A DNA stretch of 62,333 nt, the filler included. It is 16 parts of 16 records of this genome, joined end to end, with 100 filler letters (N's around TTAATTAATTAA, not from the genome) between each part and the next. Parts side by side here need not be neighbours in the genome. Positions count along the whole stretch, not along the records: positions 34,766 to 40,544 come from SRR9670534_399; positions 40,645 to 43,740 come from SRR9670534_401; positions 43,841 to 48,884 come from SRR9670534_408; positions 48,985 to 54,263 come from SRR9670534_413; 12 more parts are not named here. One strand, 5' to 3'. Below the pieces are notes generated by a model. It did not search any database and was not told the DNA's origin. It saw nothing but the letters and a program-made list of their open reading frames with translations. This document shows positions 38,353 to 50,321 of this stretch, piece by piece; position 1 is the stretch's first letter, and each line of letters begins with the position of its first letter. A program made the position numbers and the translations under genes.

Positions 38353-41300
38353 TATAATTCTGTTTTAATGATCGGTTTTTACTGAAGAATCTAAATACAT
38401 ACTATTAAATAAATAACACAATTTACATATTTTGCAAAAGGTTATCAAACGGAATAATAAAGTTTGTCACCCTGGGTTAATGCATCTATACTAACAGTAA
38501 TATCTGTGATTTTCGTTCACAGAAGGGGTGGCTACTTGTCAGTCGAAGCAACGACGATCTAATAATAATAATAACTAGGACTGCACATAAATAATATTAT
38601 AGGAAGCAAACACAGCAAGCAACTGCAAAGAGATAGTAGCAATAGGAGAGAATTTATTAATTTATAAGAATTACTTTCTCTCTTGCAGCGAATTAATGAA
38701 TTTGGTTTAATCATGCAAAATCAAAGTTGTTTAAATTTTAATGCCCAGCCCCATTAACTTAAGCAGATTAGTTTTAATTACGCCATATAAATTAAATTAT
38801 TTGTTGCACACTTATTAATTTTGCAGCAGTGCCAAATTAATTCTGCTTCTGTAGCTGCTGTTCCTACTTATTAATCCGAGCTGGACGACTTAATTTAAAC
38901 AAATTTACAAGAAAACCACCAGATATTTTGCGTTGTATGTATGGAATACATCACATACGTAGAGATTGCTACATAGATATCAACTGACAAAAATAGCCAA
39001 TTTTGAACCTGGTTAATTAATAAAAGAATATTTTTATATCCCAAACCTCAATGTTCCCAAGAGGGTGGGTATTAGCAACATATGGTACTTGTCAAGGTAA
39101 TGCTTCATTAACTTTTAGCTACCTGTATGCCCATTTAATTACCTCGAACGCCATATGGGTAATACCCCTACCAGGTAGTGCAATAAACATTCAACAAAAG
39201 ATGCTTATCACATATTATCATTATATACAACTATCTGTACACGTGCACTTCCTAGTCTCTTCACGTTGAACAGTCTATCATAATTAATTAGAAAACTCAC
39301 CATAATTATTCTTAACACACCAATGCCATAAAATTTATTAACAATGACGAATATCATTAAAAATATCATTAAAAGAATGCTATAGCATATATGCTATTAT
39401 TAAATTAGTATACTAATTTAGTATACTAATTTAAATAGTATACTATGTAATCGGTAGTTCAAATAATAAAGGTGAATTTTTGTACAAAAACTGCAAAATG
39501 CAATAAATAATTCTATAGAATATAAGTATAATTATCATATAATAAATTAAAGTAATAATTTTACTATTAAATTGACTTAAAATTATCTTAAATGGCAATT
39601 TGAAATATTGAAATAGTAAATATAAGAACCATATTTTGTAGTTGATAATAGCAGTAAAAGTTATTGTATATTTTTGTATACAATACTATAATAAAATATT
39701 TCCAATAATGAAATAACACAAAATATTAATAGACTATAAATATAATATATTATTAACAATAATTGATAAATAAAAATAATATAGCATTAAATGGAAATTA
39801 TTAATTAACATTTTTATTAATTAAATTTAGGAATTAAAATAATAAAATTACAAAATAAAAGGATTGATATATTAGAATGCTCTCTCGCATTATTAGTAAT
39901 TTCATTATTTTAAAAGATTAATTTAATAATATTTGTGTTATTATAAAATAAAAAGGTTTCATCAATATTGTAACAACAATAAATAACAAAAGCCCTTTGA
40001 TGATTTTGCTAGTCCTATCTATAAATATATATGGACATTGATATATGTTCCATATGTGACATAGCGTGTTCACGTGCGCGCGTTGTCTTTCAATAATGTC
40101 AATTATTAATTAAATATGATGAGAGGCTGGAAAAGAGGTACGCTGTTCACATAATTAAAAATTTATTATGAGAGAGAGCGATGGATGAAATTCATTTATT
40201 TAATTCGCTGTGCCTCTATCTAATAGATTATTTATGATAAAGGGAGAATTACCTTTTCCTAAACTAATTAAAAAAGTTTCCCATCTGATCATCACGCGTT
40301 CCTGACAATATCAGATTAGCAAACTTGAAAAACACAACATTAACCCTACTTTAATTAAAGCGATATATACATACGATATAACTTGGAATATGCTTTACTA
40401 ATCAATCAGTCATGTCAATCACGCAGCTCAATTAAAAGAGACTTAAAGGGTAAATAAAACCCCTCAACAGCTACAAAGGTGCGAAAATGCTGCTGCATTT
40501 GGCCAATTCTACATACCATATGTTGAAAATTTCCTTGTTTACAGNNNNNNNNNNNNNNNNNNNNNNNNNNNNNNNNNNNNNNNNNNNNTTAATTAATTAA
40601 NNNNNNNNNNNNNNNNNNNNNNNNNNNNNNNNNNNNNNNNNNNNGACTTATTGGCCCACCCAATATAATAAGGATGCTACCAAACATTGAATTGTTCCAT
40701 GCCTGACAGTAATTATCGACGTACAAAAGATGCTTATGAGTCGCTTGTACAGATTTACAATACTATTGTATACCCACCTGTTGTATAGTAATGCTAAAGC
40801 AATATAAGTATGTACACTGTACATATAATGTTTTAGTAGTATTGCATTGTACAGTAATAATTATGACATTGAACATTCCTAACCACATATAATAAAAAAG
40901 ATGCCGCTATTGTTAGTACCATAGGCATGTCTTATGTTGTATATCATATGATGTTATGTTATGTTACTGTAACATTGTTGCAATATGTATGTGATGCATG
41001 TTATGTTACAGTTATGTAATGTACATTACATAACGGTAATATACATAGCACTACAGTTATGTATGTTATGTTATTTACATGCATGTTATGTATCATATAA
41101 CGTAACATAGTTAGTATTGTTACTGTTGTAAGTATGTATACTATAGCATGTATCAGACTTACATGAGTCATGTACTGATTTAGTACTATGTACTAAATTC
41201 TACTACAATTATTGTAGTAAATAAAATTAATAAGACTAGTAATACTGCCATTAAGTACATTTGTACCATTATCTATATTTTAATAAGTAACCCAAAAACT

Positions 41301-41767
41301 CAAGGTCTGAAGGCAAGGTTTATACTAATTCATGTTAGTAAGTAAGCCATAATGAAAACAAAACCCGGTTAGTATTTCGTCATTTTGGGTTACATGGTAT
41401 ACCTAGTTATAATACCTACTAATACCTATAGGAAAAAGTAATACATGGTAATACTTAGGAAAAATTAAACTTTATACATTGCAATTTGCAACTAATTGTT
41501 AAAGCCAAGATTATCCATGCGGAAGAAAAAATTCTGATTTTGCGGACTACTAATGAATAATATGCAGAAATTATCAGCTATGAAGTTCTAACAGTTGAGT
41601 CACATGAATTATGTAAGCCATATGAAGTTATATATAATAATAATCTCTGATAATAGCAGTCTGTTCTTGTATAACTGTATAGGTGTTCTTTTAGATTCCT
41701 ATTGAAACATTTTGGTCATTTTCAATATTTTTTAGCTGTTTGATTTTTTTTTGATATTTGGTCAAAC

Positions 41768-43507
41768 ATGAGTCAAGATAAAAAGGAGTACCTGTATAAG
41801 GTGTTGGTGATTGGGGACATGGCAACAGGAAAAACAAGCATTATAAAACGCTACGTTCATAGCTTTTACTCTCAACATTACAGAGCCACCATTGGAGTTG
41901 ATTTCGCCTTAAAAGTCATTAGCTGGGATGACGAAACCACTGTACGGCTCCAGTTGTGGGACATAGCAGGTAAGCTTATTGATAACCGTAGTGTGGTTAC
42001 CGCACGCTAATTATTAGCGGCTAATACCAAATATAATGCAACAAAGCGAAAACTAATGTGTATTTCCAAATTGTTGCTATAAATTACGAAATTAGATACA
42101 AATTTTCAATAATTAGATATTATACATCATGCTCGAGTTTAACTTTATTATTAAATCAGAAGAAAACATGAATAATAACATTGGTTTGCAATATTATGAT
42201 TATTGAATAACAATAATAGCAACAACAATAACAATAATAGCAACAACAATAAAGTTGATTTTGTCATAATCACATGACATACCTGTGATTTTCTGGCTTT
42301 GAGTTAATAAAGAAATAGCAGCTCTTGATGACTTATCTTATTATTAATAATAATAAGAGTTGTTCGACTTTTTGGTCATGGGACGTTTTGATCACAAGAG
42401 ACATTTTGATCATCTTGGAAAGCTTACTGTATTTCAAACCTAGCGAAAATTTTTTCCTACTAATCAATAATAAGAGAAAGCTCGTGTAGTCGAAGAAATC
42501 CGAAAATAAGTCGAAACAAGCTTTCTATGATCTAAATGTCCCCCGAATGTGATGAGAATATTTCATGATCTAATCGTTTTTGATCATGTCATTTTTATTA
42601 TTAATAATTTTGTAGGGCAGGAACGATATGGAAATATGACTAGAGTTTATTACAGGGAAGCCGCTGGTTGCTTCATAACCTTTGACGTTACACGGGCATC
42701 CACATTTGAGGGTGTCGCTAAATGGAAACATGATCTTGACTCCAAAGTTCAGCTACCTAATGGTTCCCCAGTACCTTGTGTTCTCTTAGCAAATAAAGTA
42801 TGTATCTTTATTAGATAATATCGAAAATATGTACCTATTATGTAATAGCCATAGTGTAGAGAAAACTTTCAGTGAACTTATTCAAGTAATCTTTGTTCAA
42901 GTCACTGTTCTCGTAGTTTATCATGCAACTGGAACTTCCAGCCTGGAAGAAATTTCTTCCAACTGCGTGGGTATTTGTTCGAATGTTTTTAAATGTTTGA
43001 AGACCAGGCTTGTCATTGATGATAAAAAATTACAGAACATACGTAAAACTGAAAGAGGTATTACCTGAATAAGTCATCCGAAATTCGGATTCCGAATGTG
43101 TACTTTTCGTACTTTCTTGCAATTTTACAAAATTTAGCGAATATAAGCATAAACTAGCTAAAATTGATAATCTGGTTTTAGTGTGATTTGCTAACAGAGA
43201 GTTTAACGAATAACTCTAATCAAATGGACGAATTTTGTAAGGAAAAGAACTTTGCAGGTTGGTTTGAAACGTCTGCAAAAGAAAATATCAACATTGATGA
43301 GGCTTCCCGATTCCTCGTCAGAAAAGTATCTTTAATTTTCCCATGATTGTTTGGTAATGGTTTTATTGTATAACTACATATGACTTACTTTAGATGATGG
43401 AAAATGACTTTATGCTAAATACTAGAGAACATGATTCAGATCACATTAATTTAGTTGATGATAGTGGAAGATCAAATGATCGAAAGGGCGGAAGTTGCCC
43501 TTGTTAG
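41768..43507 (+). CDS. RAB32: Rab32/Rab38 GTPase
   Basis: Exons 41768-41969, 42616-42797, 43182-43325 and 43394-43507. WDIAGQE (Rab32 subfamily signature), VDFALK, GNMTRVYYR, LLANKCD, WFETSAKEN, C-terminal CPC prenylation motif. Confidence 0.95.
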
Positions 43508-46238
43508 TATGTGCATATTGAACCTATTAGATAATTGTAATTTCTTGTTATAATTCATAATTTGCCATATCACGAAAAGTACTACAGCCTGCAATCTACA
43601 ATACAACAGTTTGATAAAAATTATTCTTCCAATACAATAGATAGTTAATTTAAGCAGATGTCACTATTTTTTCTTCTTGCTTTTCATCGCTAGCCTATTA
43701 CAATAGACTCTACGCTTTGATTACTATATTACAATAAGTANNNNNNNNNNNNNNNNNNNNNNNNNNNNNNNNNNNNNNNNNNNNTTAATTAATTAANNNN
43801 NNNNNNNNNNNNNNNNNNNNNNNNNNNNNNNNNNNNNNNNATACTATATACTAACAGTATATACTATATAGTAACGTATAGTAGAAAAATTAAAAGACCT
43901 TCATATTTTAATAATAATAAATATATATTAGATTTAATAATAAATGTATAAAAATTTATGATAAATATTATAATAAATCAATATCAACAGTTATTAATAA
44001 ATACAATGGAAATTTAATAAAAATTAATAATAAACATATAATGACTCAGTAAGTATAACTATTACTATTAATAATAACACAGTTGTAAACAAAATGGATA
44101 ATGTATAAAACATATCAAAAGTAAATAAATATTGATAAAGTAAATAAAATGGTAAATATTATCAATAATTTAAAAAACTAATGAACTTGTAATAACAAAT
44201 AAACATACCTATTTAATATCAATTCCTCTATAAGTTATTATTAACACTAATTATAATTAGTTATTATTATTAAAACGTATCACTTATAGTTCTGTATTAT
44301 ATAATATATTATCTATAAATTATAAAACATAACAATTAATATTCAATAGTAAGTTACTAAATTATAAATACATATATAATTATTATAGTATTATTGTACT
44401 ATAATAATAAATAGTAAAAAATATTAATATATTAAATACCATAATAGTGATATATAATATGTTTATATTATCATTATATCCTAACATAACAATGATAAGT
44501 GTTATTATTAAATTATTTAGAATAAATAATTGCTATTACTATACTATAGATTATAATATTTATCATCAGCATATAATAATAAATATTATTATATAATAGC
44601 CAAGATAAGTATTCCCATGCGGCCACATCATAACCCACACCATCTTGCCTTTCGTGCCGCGCTAATGCATCATAACAAAAATAACAATAGCACAACACCA
44701 CTACTATTACAATTATATATTAATATCTACAATCAAGATCGTTACCACTGGTTAGCAGTAAATAACGCAGATTATCCTTGATTTCTATGGAACCCCATCA
44801 ATCCTTCTCAAGCAGAAAACCCATTAGTTACTTCACATTTATTAATTAATACAAATGCTGATCATTATCATTATCATCATCATAAAAAAGGACAGGAAAG
44901 AAGGCACAGAATTCTAAACCTTCACGTCATCATCCACATAAATATACATGGAACAATAATGACAGGGGGCAAATTAGCTACATAAGCAAAGAGAATGGTT
45001 ATGCTTGGTCCTGGCTGCTGGCCACAATAATTAATTAATGATACAATAGGACCCATATACTTATCTCTTAACAGTTATGCTATAATTAACCATAATCAAA
45101 TATTGGTTTTACGTCACTGCCGTAAAATCAAAATAAACCATTACACTTCAATGTACTAATTACCTTATGGGTTTTGCTTTTATTTACCAAATCCTCATCA
45201 CGAAAGGGGAAAGAACTTCGTAAGAGGATTGGGAATAAGGAGTAAATAAGTTTGTTATTTAAAATAATATTAAATGGGTAAATATTATATCTATATACTA
45301 AGTAAATATATTATTGATATTAAATATGAATATTGTTATATAATTATTATATGTTACTAATAATTAATAAATATATAAAATTAATACTTTTATATGTAAT
45401 AATAAATATGTATTAATTATTAAATATACAATAAAATCATTATATGTATATAATAAGTAAATATATTATTGATATTAATAATGAATATTATATGTTATTA
45501 ATAATTAATTTATATATAAAACTTAATACTTTTATATGTAATTATAAACATGTATTATAATTAAACAGTTATTTGACATTAATAGTATATTATAATGCAA
45601 TACCATGTTAATATCTAAAAATATGTGATTATTAATAATTATATAATATTTAAAATATTTACTTTTATTATTTATAAATAAACAAAAATATATTAATAAT
45701 AATTGTAAGTTATAATTTATAACTAATAAATAATAATAGCTAATAGCTACCCAAACAATAAACAGGCGAATATTATAAAGAAACAAATAAACAAATATTA
45801 GTAACAATTATTAATTATTAATATGGATAACAAATATTAATAATTATAAATATAAATATCAATATATAATATTTAAGATATTTACTTTTATTATTTATAA
45901 ATAAACATATATTAATAATTATAGTTAAATAATAACTACCTAAATGATAAATAAACAAACAAATATTATAAACAAATAAATAAACAAATGTTAATAACAA
46001 TAATTAATATAGATAATAAATATTAATTATTATAAATATAAATATTAATAATAAATATTTCCAAAACAAAATCATTTCATGAATCATTTATTTATTATTA
46101 ATAACCTTCACAACACTTTAAAATAACAACAAATTACATCCCAATTGCCAATTACTACACAGAAAGTTTGCTTATAAGTTATAAACACTACTGGACGACG
46201 ACTACACATAAACCTTATACAAGACTCCTCAAAACAGA

Positions 46239-46244
46239 TTTATT
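46239..46244 (-). terminator. AATAAA polyadenylation signal after DIM1
   Basis: AATAAA on the minus strand 14 nt after the DIM1 stop. Confidence 0.55.
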
Positions 46245-46258
46245 GCAGCAGCCGCTTA

Positions 46259-46687
46259 CTAATAGCGATATTTGGTTGAATAATCCTTTGGCGAAATAAC
46301 CAAACCTCTACCCTTGCGAGACCCTCTATATACAGTTTCTACAATGTCAATGAATTCTTGAGTGTCCTCAAGGGCCCAGTTAATCTTGTTGTTATTGCCA
46401 GTGCCCAGATCAATCATTATATGCTTATTCCGATAGAAAAACATCACGGTACATGGATCGTATAATTCATACATTTTGTTGAAGTCTGGGACCTCCGTGA
46501 CGTCAACCAGGTAAATTATTGCAAAATTTTTAACTTTTTCAGCAACTTTGAATAGGACTTCGTCCATTTTCATGCAGGTGGGGTCCCAATCATGCCCAAA
46601 CCTAACGACAACTACCCGATCTTCTTCGGAGAGGATTGCTTGGTCCACTTGCCAACCATTGTGTAGATGGGGGAGCATGTACGACAT
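46259..46687 (-). CDS. TXNL4A: U5 snRNP Dim1 / thioredoxin-like 4A, intronless, 142 aa
   Basis: MSYMLPHLHNGWQVDQAILSEEDRVVVVRFGHDWDPTCMKMDE...SPKDYSTKYRY, nearly invariant. The true ATG is at 46687. Confidence 0.98.
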   Translation of the reverse strand: MSYMLPHLHNGWQVDQAILSEEDRVVVVRFGHDWDPTCMKMDEVLFKVAEKVKNFAIIYLVDVTEVPDFNKMYELYDPCTVMFFYRNKHIMIDLGTGNNNKINWALEDTQEFIDIVETVYRGSRKGRGLVISPKDYSTKYRY

Positions 46688-46759
46688 CTTTTTAACTAAG
46701 GCTAAATTTAACAAAATTTAAAAAATAACTTAAATTTGAAAATTGTTTTCTTAAAAAGC

Positions 46760-47567
46760 CTAATATCGCCAAAAATAGTCGATGACGGTGGAGAAGAAGC
46801 CGAAACCAGCAGCTCCAAAGATGCCAGCTTTCACGCCTGCTCTAACTCCGAGAATTCCACCAATTATAAAGCCAGAAATGGAACCATTCTTCCAATCGGA
46901 TTTTCCTCGATGCTGAAAAGAATTTTAAAAACTTTATAAATATGGTAATGAGCAGGGACTGGAAAAAGCTTGAGATAATTAGTAGAGAGCCCTGGAACTA
47001 TTGATGAACCATTTACTACACAAACATTATTATGAAAATACATACCGTTTCAATGATACAATCACAGCCAGCAAAAAGAAGTCCGATTATTGCGAAATTT
47101 TTGGCATAGGATAAGGAACGATTCTTCATTTCTCTAAAAACTAATCTGGCAGTTGGTGTTTGGGTTCCAGTAATGTTTGGATCAACTCCAGCAGTAAATA
47201 AACCGAAGACAACTCCAAGTCCAGCACCTAAAAGACGTGAAACAACATTATTATCATATAGTGACGTCATCACTATGAGTCATTTCCAAGATGGCGGCCT
47301 CAGCATGCTAAGCTGAGAAATTAAAAATCGTTGGTTTTAAACCGATTTTAATGTTCTTTAAAGTCACTTACCTCCAACAAAACTGATGCCACTCTTGAAA
47401 GGGCAGCTCTGAAAGAACGCTTGTACCAACATCTCATTCTTCGAAGGTATTTGGTTGTGCATAGGGCCAAAAGATTCGACAATTTTGGGACCAGGAATGG
47501 TTCGTTTCCTTTTGTCACCGATTAACCTTTGTAACATTTCGTGAAATGACGCCGCATTTTCCTCCAT
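46760..47567 (-). CDS. TIMM22: Mitochondrial inner membrane translocase TIM22
   Basis: Exons 47567-47372, 47227-47046 and 46912-46760. Motifs: [68 protein letters not shown]. Confidence 0.95.
47234..47350. promoter_or_regulatory. Promoter-like motif cluster inside TIM22 intron 1
   Basis: CRE TGACGTCA at 47262-47269, AP-1 TGAGTCA at 47276-47282 and YY1 consensus CAAGATGGCGGC at 47287-47298, all within 40 bp. Confidence 0.5.
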
Positions 47568-47589
47568 CGTCCTAATAAAATACAAGAGT

Positions 47590-48321
47590 TCATAGTTGAC
47601 GTTTTCTACGTAATAAAAAGTAAAGGACTATGGCAATAATAACAGGCCAAACAGTAGCAAATCCTATCGTTTTCCAGAAATTCTTGTCCAAAGCTTTCAG
47701 ATAAATCTTTTGTTGTTCCTTCAGGAGAGTTTTAACTACAGTAATTTCTGTTTTTATTTCTGCAATATCATTGTGCATTTTGTCCAAAACGGAACAAACT
47801 TCGTCTGTTACGGACAGAGCTGAAGATGGTATTTTGTCAAGAGTATCCCAAAATATTTCTTCTTCAGGATTGGTTGAAGATGAGCTTTGACAACGAATTC
47901 TTGAACTGGTTTCTGAAATAGTTAATTCAGGTACCTTTGCTTCAGGCTCTTGAACTACAATTTCATTGGTATCTTCATCAACAAGTTCATAAAATGGACC
48001 AAGAACATCCATAAAATCTTGCACAATTCCCGTTTGCGGCATCGTCTCGATTAACGCTTTTAACAACTCAACATATTCTGTCATGCAATCCATTTTGGGT
48101 TTATCACCTAATGCTTTCCAAGCTTCCCATTTCGCTTTCCTAACAACGTCCCAAAAACTGGGCTTTGGTTGCTTGCAGGGTCCTTCTGTGGTTTGCTTGT
48201 AAAGTGCGTAAAATTTCAATAAAACTTCTTTAGACGGCTGGTAGGCACCATCTTTTGGCAGACTTTGTATGACTTTGGTTGCTGCTTCAAATTTTGCCTT
48301 GCATAACAATTCTTCACCCAT
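47590..48321 (-). CDS. ACBD5: Acyl-CoA-binding domain tail-anchored protein (ACBD4/5-like), intronless CDS
   Basis: ACB domain (FEAATKVIQSLPKDG, LKFYALYKQTTEGPC, FWDVVRKAKWEAW), FFAT-like EEEIFWDT, coiled coil, C-terminal TM (VWPVII) with basic tail RRKR. Confidence 0.9.
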   Translation of the reverse strand: MGEELLCKAKFEAATKVIQSLPKDGAYQPSKEVLLKFYALYKQTTEGPCKQPKPSFWDVVRKAKWEAWKALGDKPKMDCMTEYVELLKALIETMPQTGIVQDFMDVLGPFYELVDEDTNEIVVQEPEAKVPELTISETSSRIRCQSSSSTNPEEEIFWDTLDKIPSSALSVTDEVCSVLDKMHNDIAEIKTEITVVKTLLKEQQKIYLKALDKNFWKTIGFATVWPVIIAIVLYFLLRRKRQL

Positions 48322-50321
48322 GGAACGCTATAAAAACTTAATGTTCTTTGCTTTTAGGATAAATCTACATATCGTGTAAATGATTTAGAGCACAATGTAA
48401 CTGGGAGCATAGCTTGACATTTTATAAAAATCGGAGCTGAATCATGCTCAGCATGCTGTATCTACGGTAATAGGTCGAAGTCATACTACATGTACATACA
48501 TACATGTATGGCCAGTTACTGCTCAATTGTACGGTACTGTCAGTACCTACCTATGTAAACAGTATGTACATACAATACTGTACTGTACTGTATGTACAAA
48601 CAGTACTGTACAATTTGCATATGCACATCTGGTATGTTGCATCATGGTATGTATTGAATTACCTATTAAATTTTAATACATTGTACATATTATGTTACCT
48701 AGTATGTACGTAGTACGTAGTACAATTACCTATGTACCGTACATAATGTACCTTACGTAATAATGTACATACCTAATAATATTAGGCTAATAGGTATACA
48801 TAGACTATGTAACATGTGTACCATGATAGTACATAGTATGCAGGGTTGTTAAGCATAAAACCATAGTTGAATAAAACCATGGTTNNNNNNNNNNNNNNNN
48901 NNNNNNNNNNNNNNNNNNNNNNNNNNNNTTAATTAATTAANNNNNNNNNNNNNNNNNNNNNNNNNNNNNNNNNNNNNNNNNNNNTATAGTATATATATAT
49001 AGTATATATATATATATTGCAATTAATGTTATCAATATCTATATTTAATAAATGTATAACCAAAAATGCACCATAACAGGACAAATGCGTGACAGGAATT
49101 ATTAATAATAAATCTGTTTGTCTTTGTTATTAATAAATATTTAATAACAACAATACGCAGTCTTTATTTTGCAAAGGTATTATAACAATGATTTTGCGAT
49201 AATTATGATAATCTCATAATAATCAAAGAACTATAAATTACTTATGTGTAATGCGTATTAACTATCATAGCGGAATGGATGGAGTGGAGGCACTCGAGCC
49301 AGCCCTTATTATGTTTTGTCAACATGACAGAAGAAGGTGTATCAACTATTGATAGACATTGCTTTTATTTCAGCAGGTAGAACAGGAAAGAAATAGGAAG
49401 GACTGCATTTGCCCTTCTTAATGACTAAATGATTAATAATGATTATAATTATGATTAACTAACAATGCAGCAGGCAGGCAGTCGTCAGTCAGCAAGCAGC
49501 ACCATTTACTCAGGTAGTACTACAATGAAGTAGCTGCCTACCTGCTACAGATGGTTTTGGGGTTTATGCTTTCTACCCCGTATGTGTCTTGTTTAATGAA
49601 TAAATTGTGCCTAAGGATACATCCCCTCATATTGAACGTTGTATGTGTGTATGTGACCCGATTTAATCCGTCAGTCCATCCATTATTATCAGTGATCAAA
49701 CATGTTGGCTTACCTTGCTAATAAGACCAAAGAAGTACCAATAGGTATTCCATAATGAGAATAAACCAGCATAACTAAGCTTTAGTTTCCATGTTTCGTG
49801 ATAATCTGTTAGCTATTGAATCGCTGTTTATATTAAATAAACTATTATCTTGATCCAGCTTTTCCTGGGTAAGCAATCAACCCATGGTTTGTCATTATTA
49901 TTATTATCGTGTTATTTTACAATATTATTATATGTGTGTGTATACAACGTATTATTTGCTGACAAAGTTTACAATCTTACAAATTCCAATAAATGTTGCT
50001 TTGGGCTTATTTATTTTCAATATACTACAAAGTAATAAATGCCCATTGTAATCAACAAATGCACCATGTAATAGTTAGTTAGGTAGGTAAAACATAAAAG
50101 TAAAAGTATATGTTTTCACAGTATTGTGTGAGATAGGTAAACACATAAGAAGGTGAGATGATCATCAACACATGACCAATAATCATATGTTTAATCTATA
50201 GATACACAATAATATTATGGTACAGACGTAATTCTCAGAGTTCGAAATTAATAAAACGCCACAAAAACGCTAAAATTTTAATAATCGAAATAAAATCAGG
50301 TAAACACAAAAGGATACCTAT

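Noticed and set aside
43841-46060. Short I/N/Y/L-rich ORFs in AT-rich tracts, and antisense ORFs over real genes elsewhere
   Set aside because: Low-complexity or shadow ORFs with no motifs or splice support.
46688-46714. N-terminal extension of DIM1 in the ORF track
   Set aside because: It uses a non-ATG start; the conserved 142-aa protein begins at 46687.
46940-47025. SECIS-like ATGA..AA..GA stem on the plus strand
   Set aside because: Helix II pairing is poor, it is antisense within an intron, and no selenoprotein ORF lies upstream on that strand.
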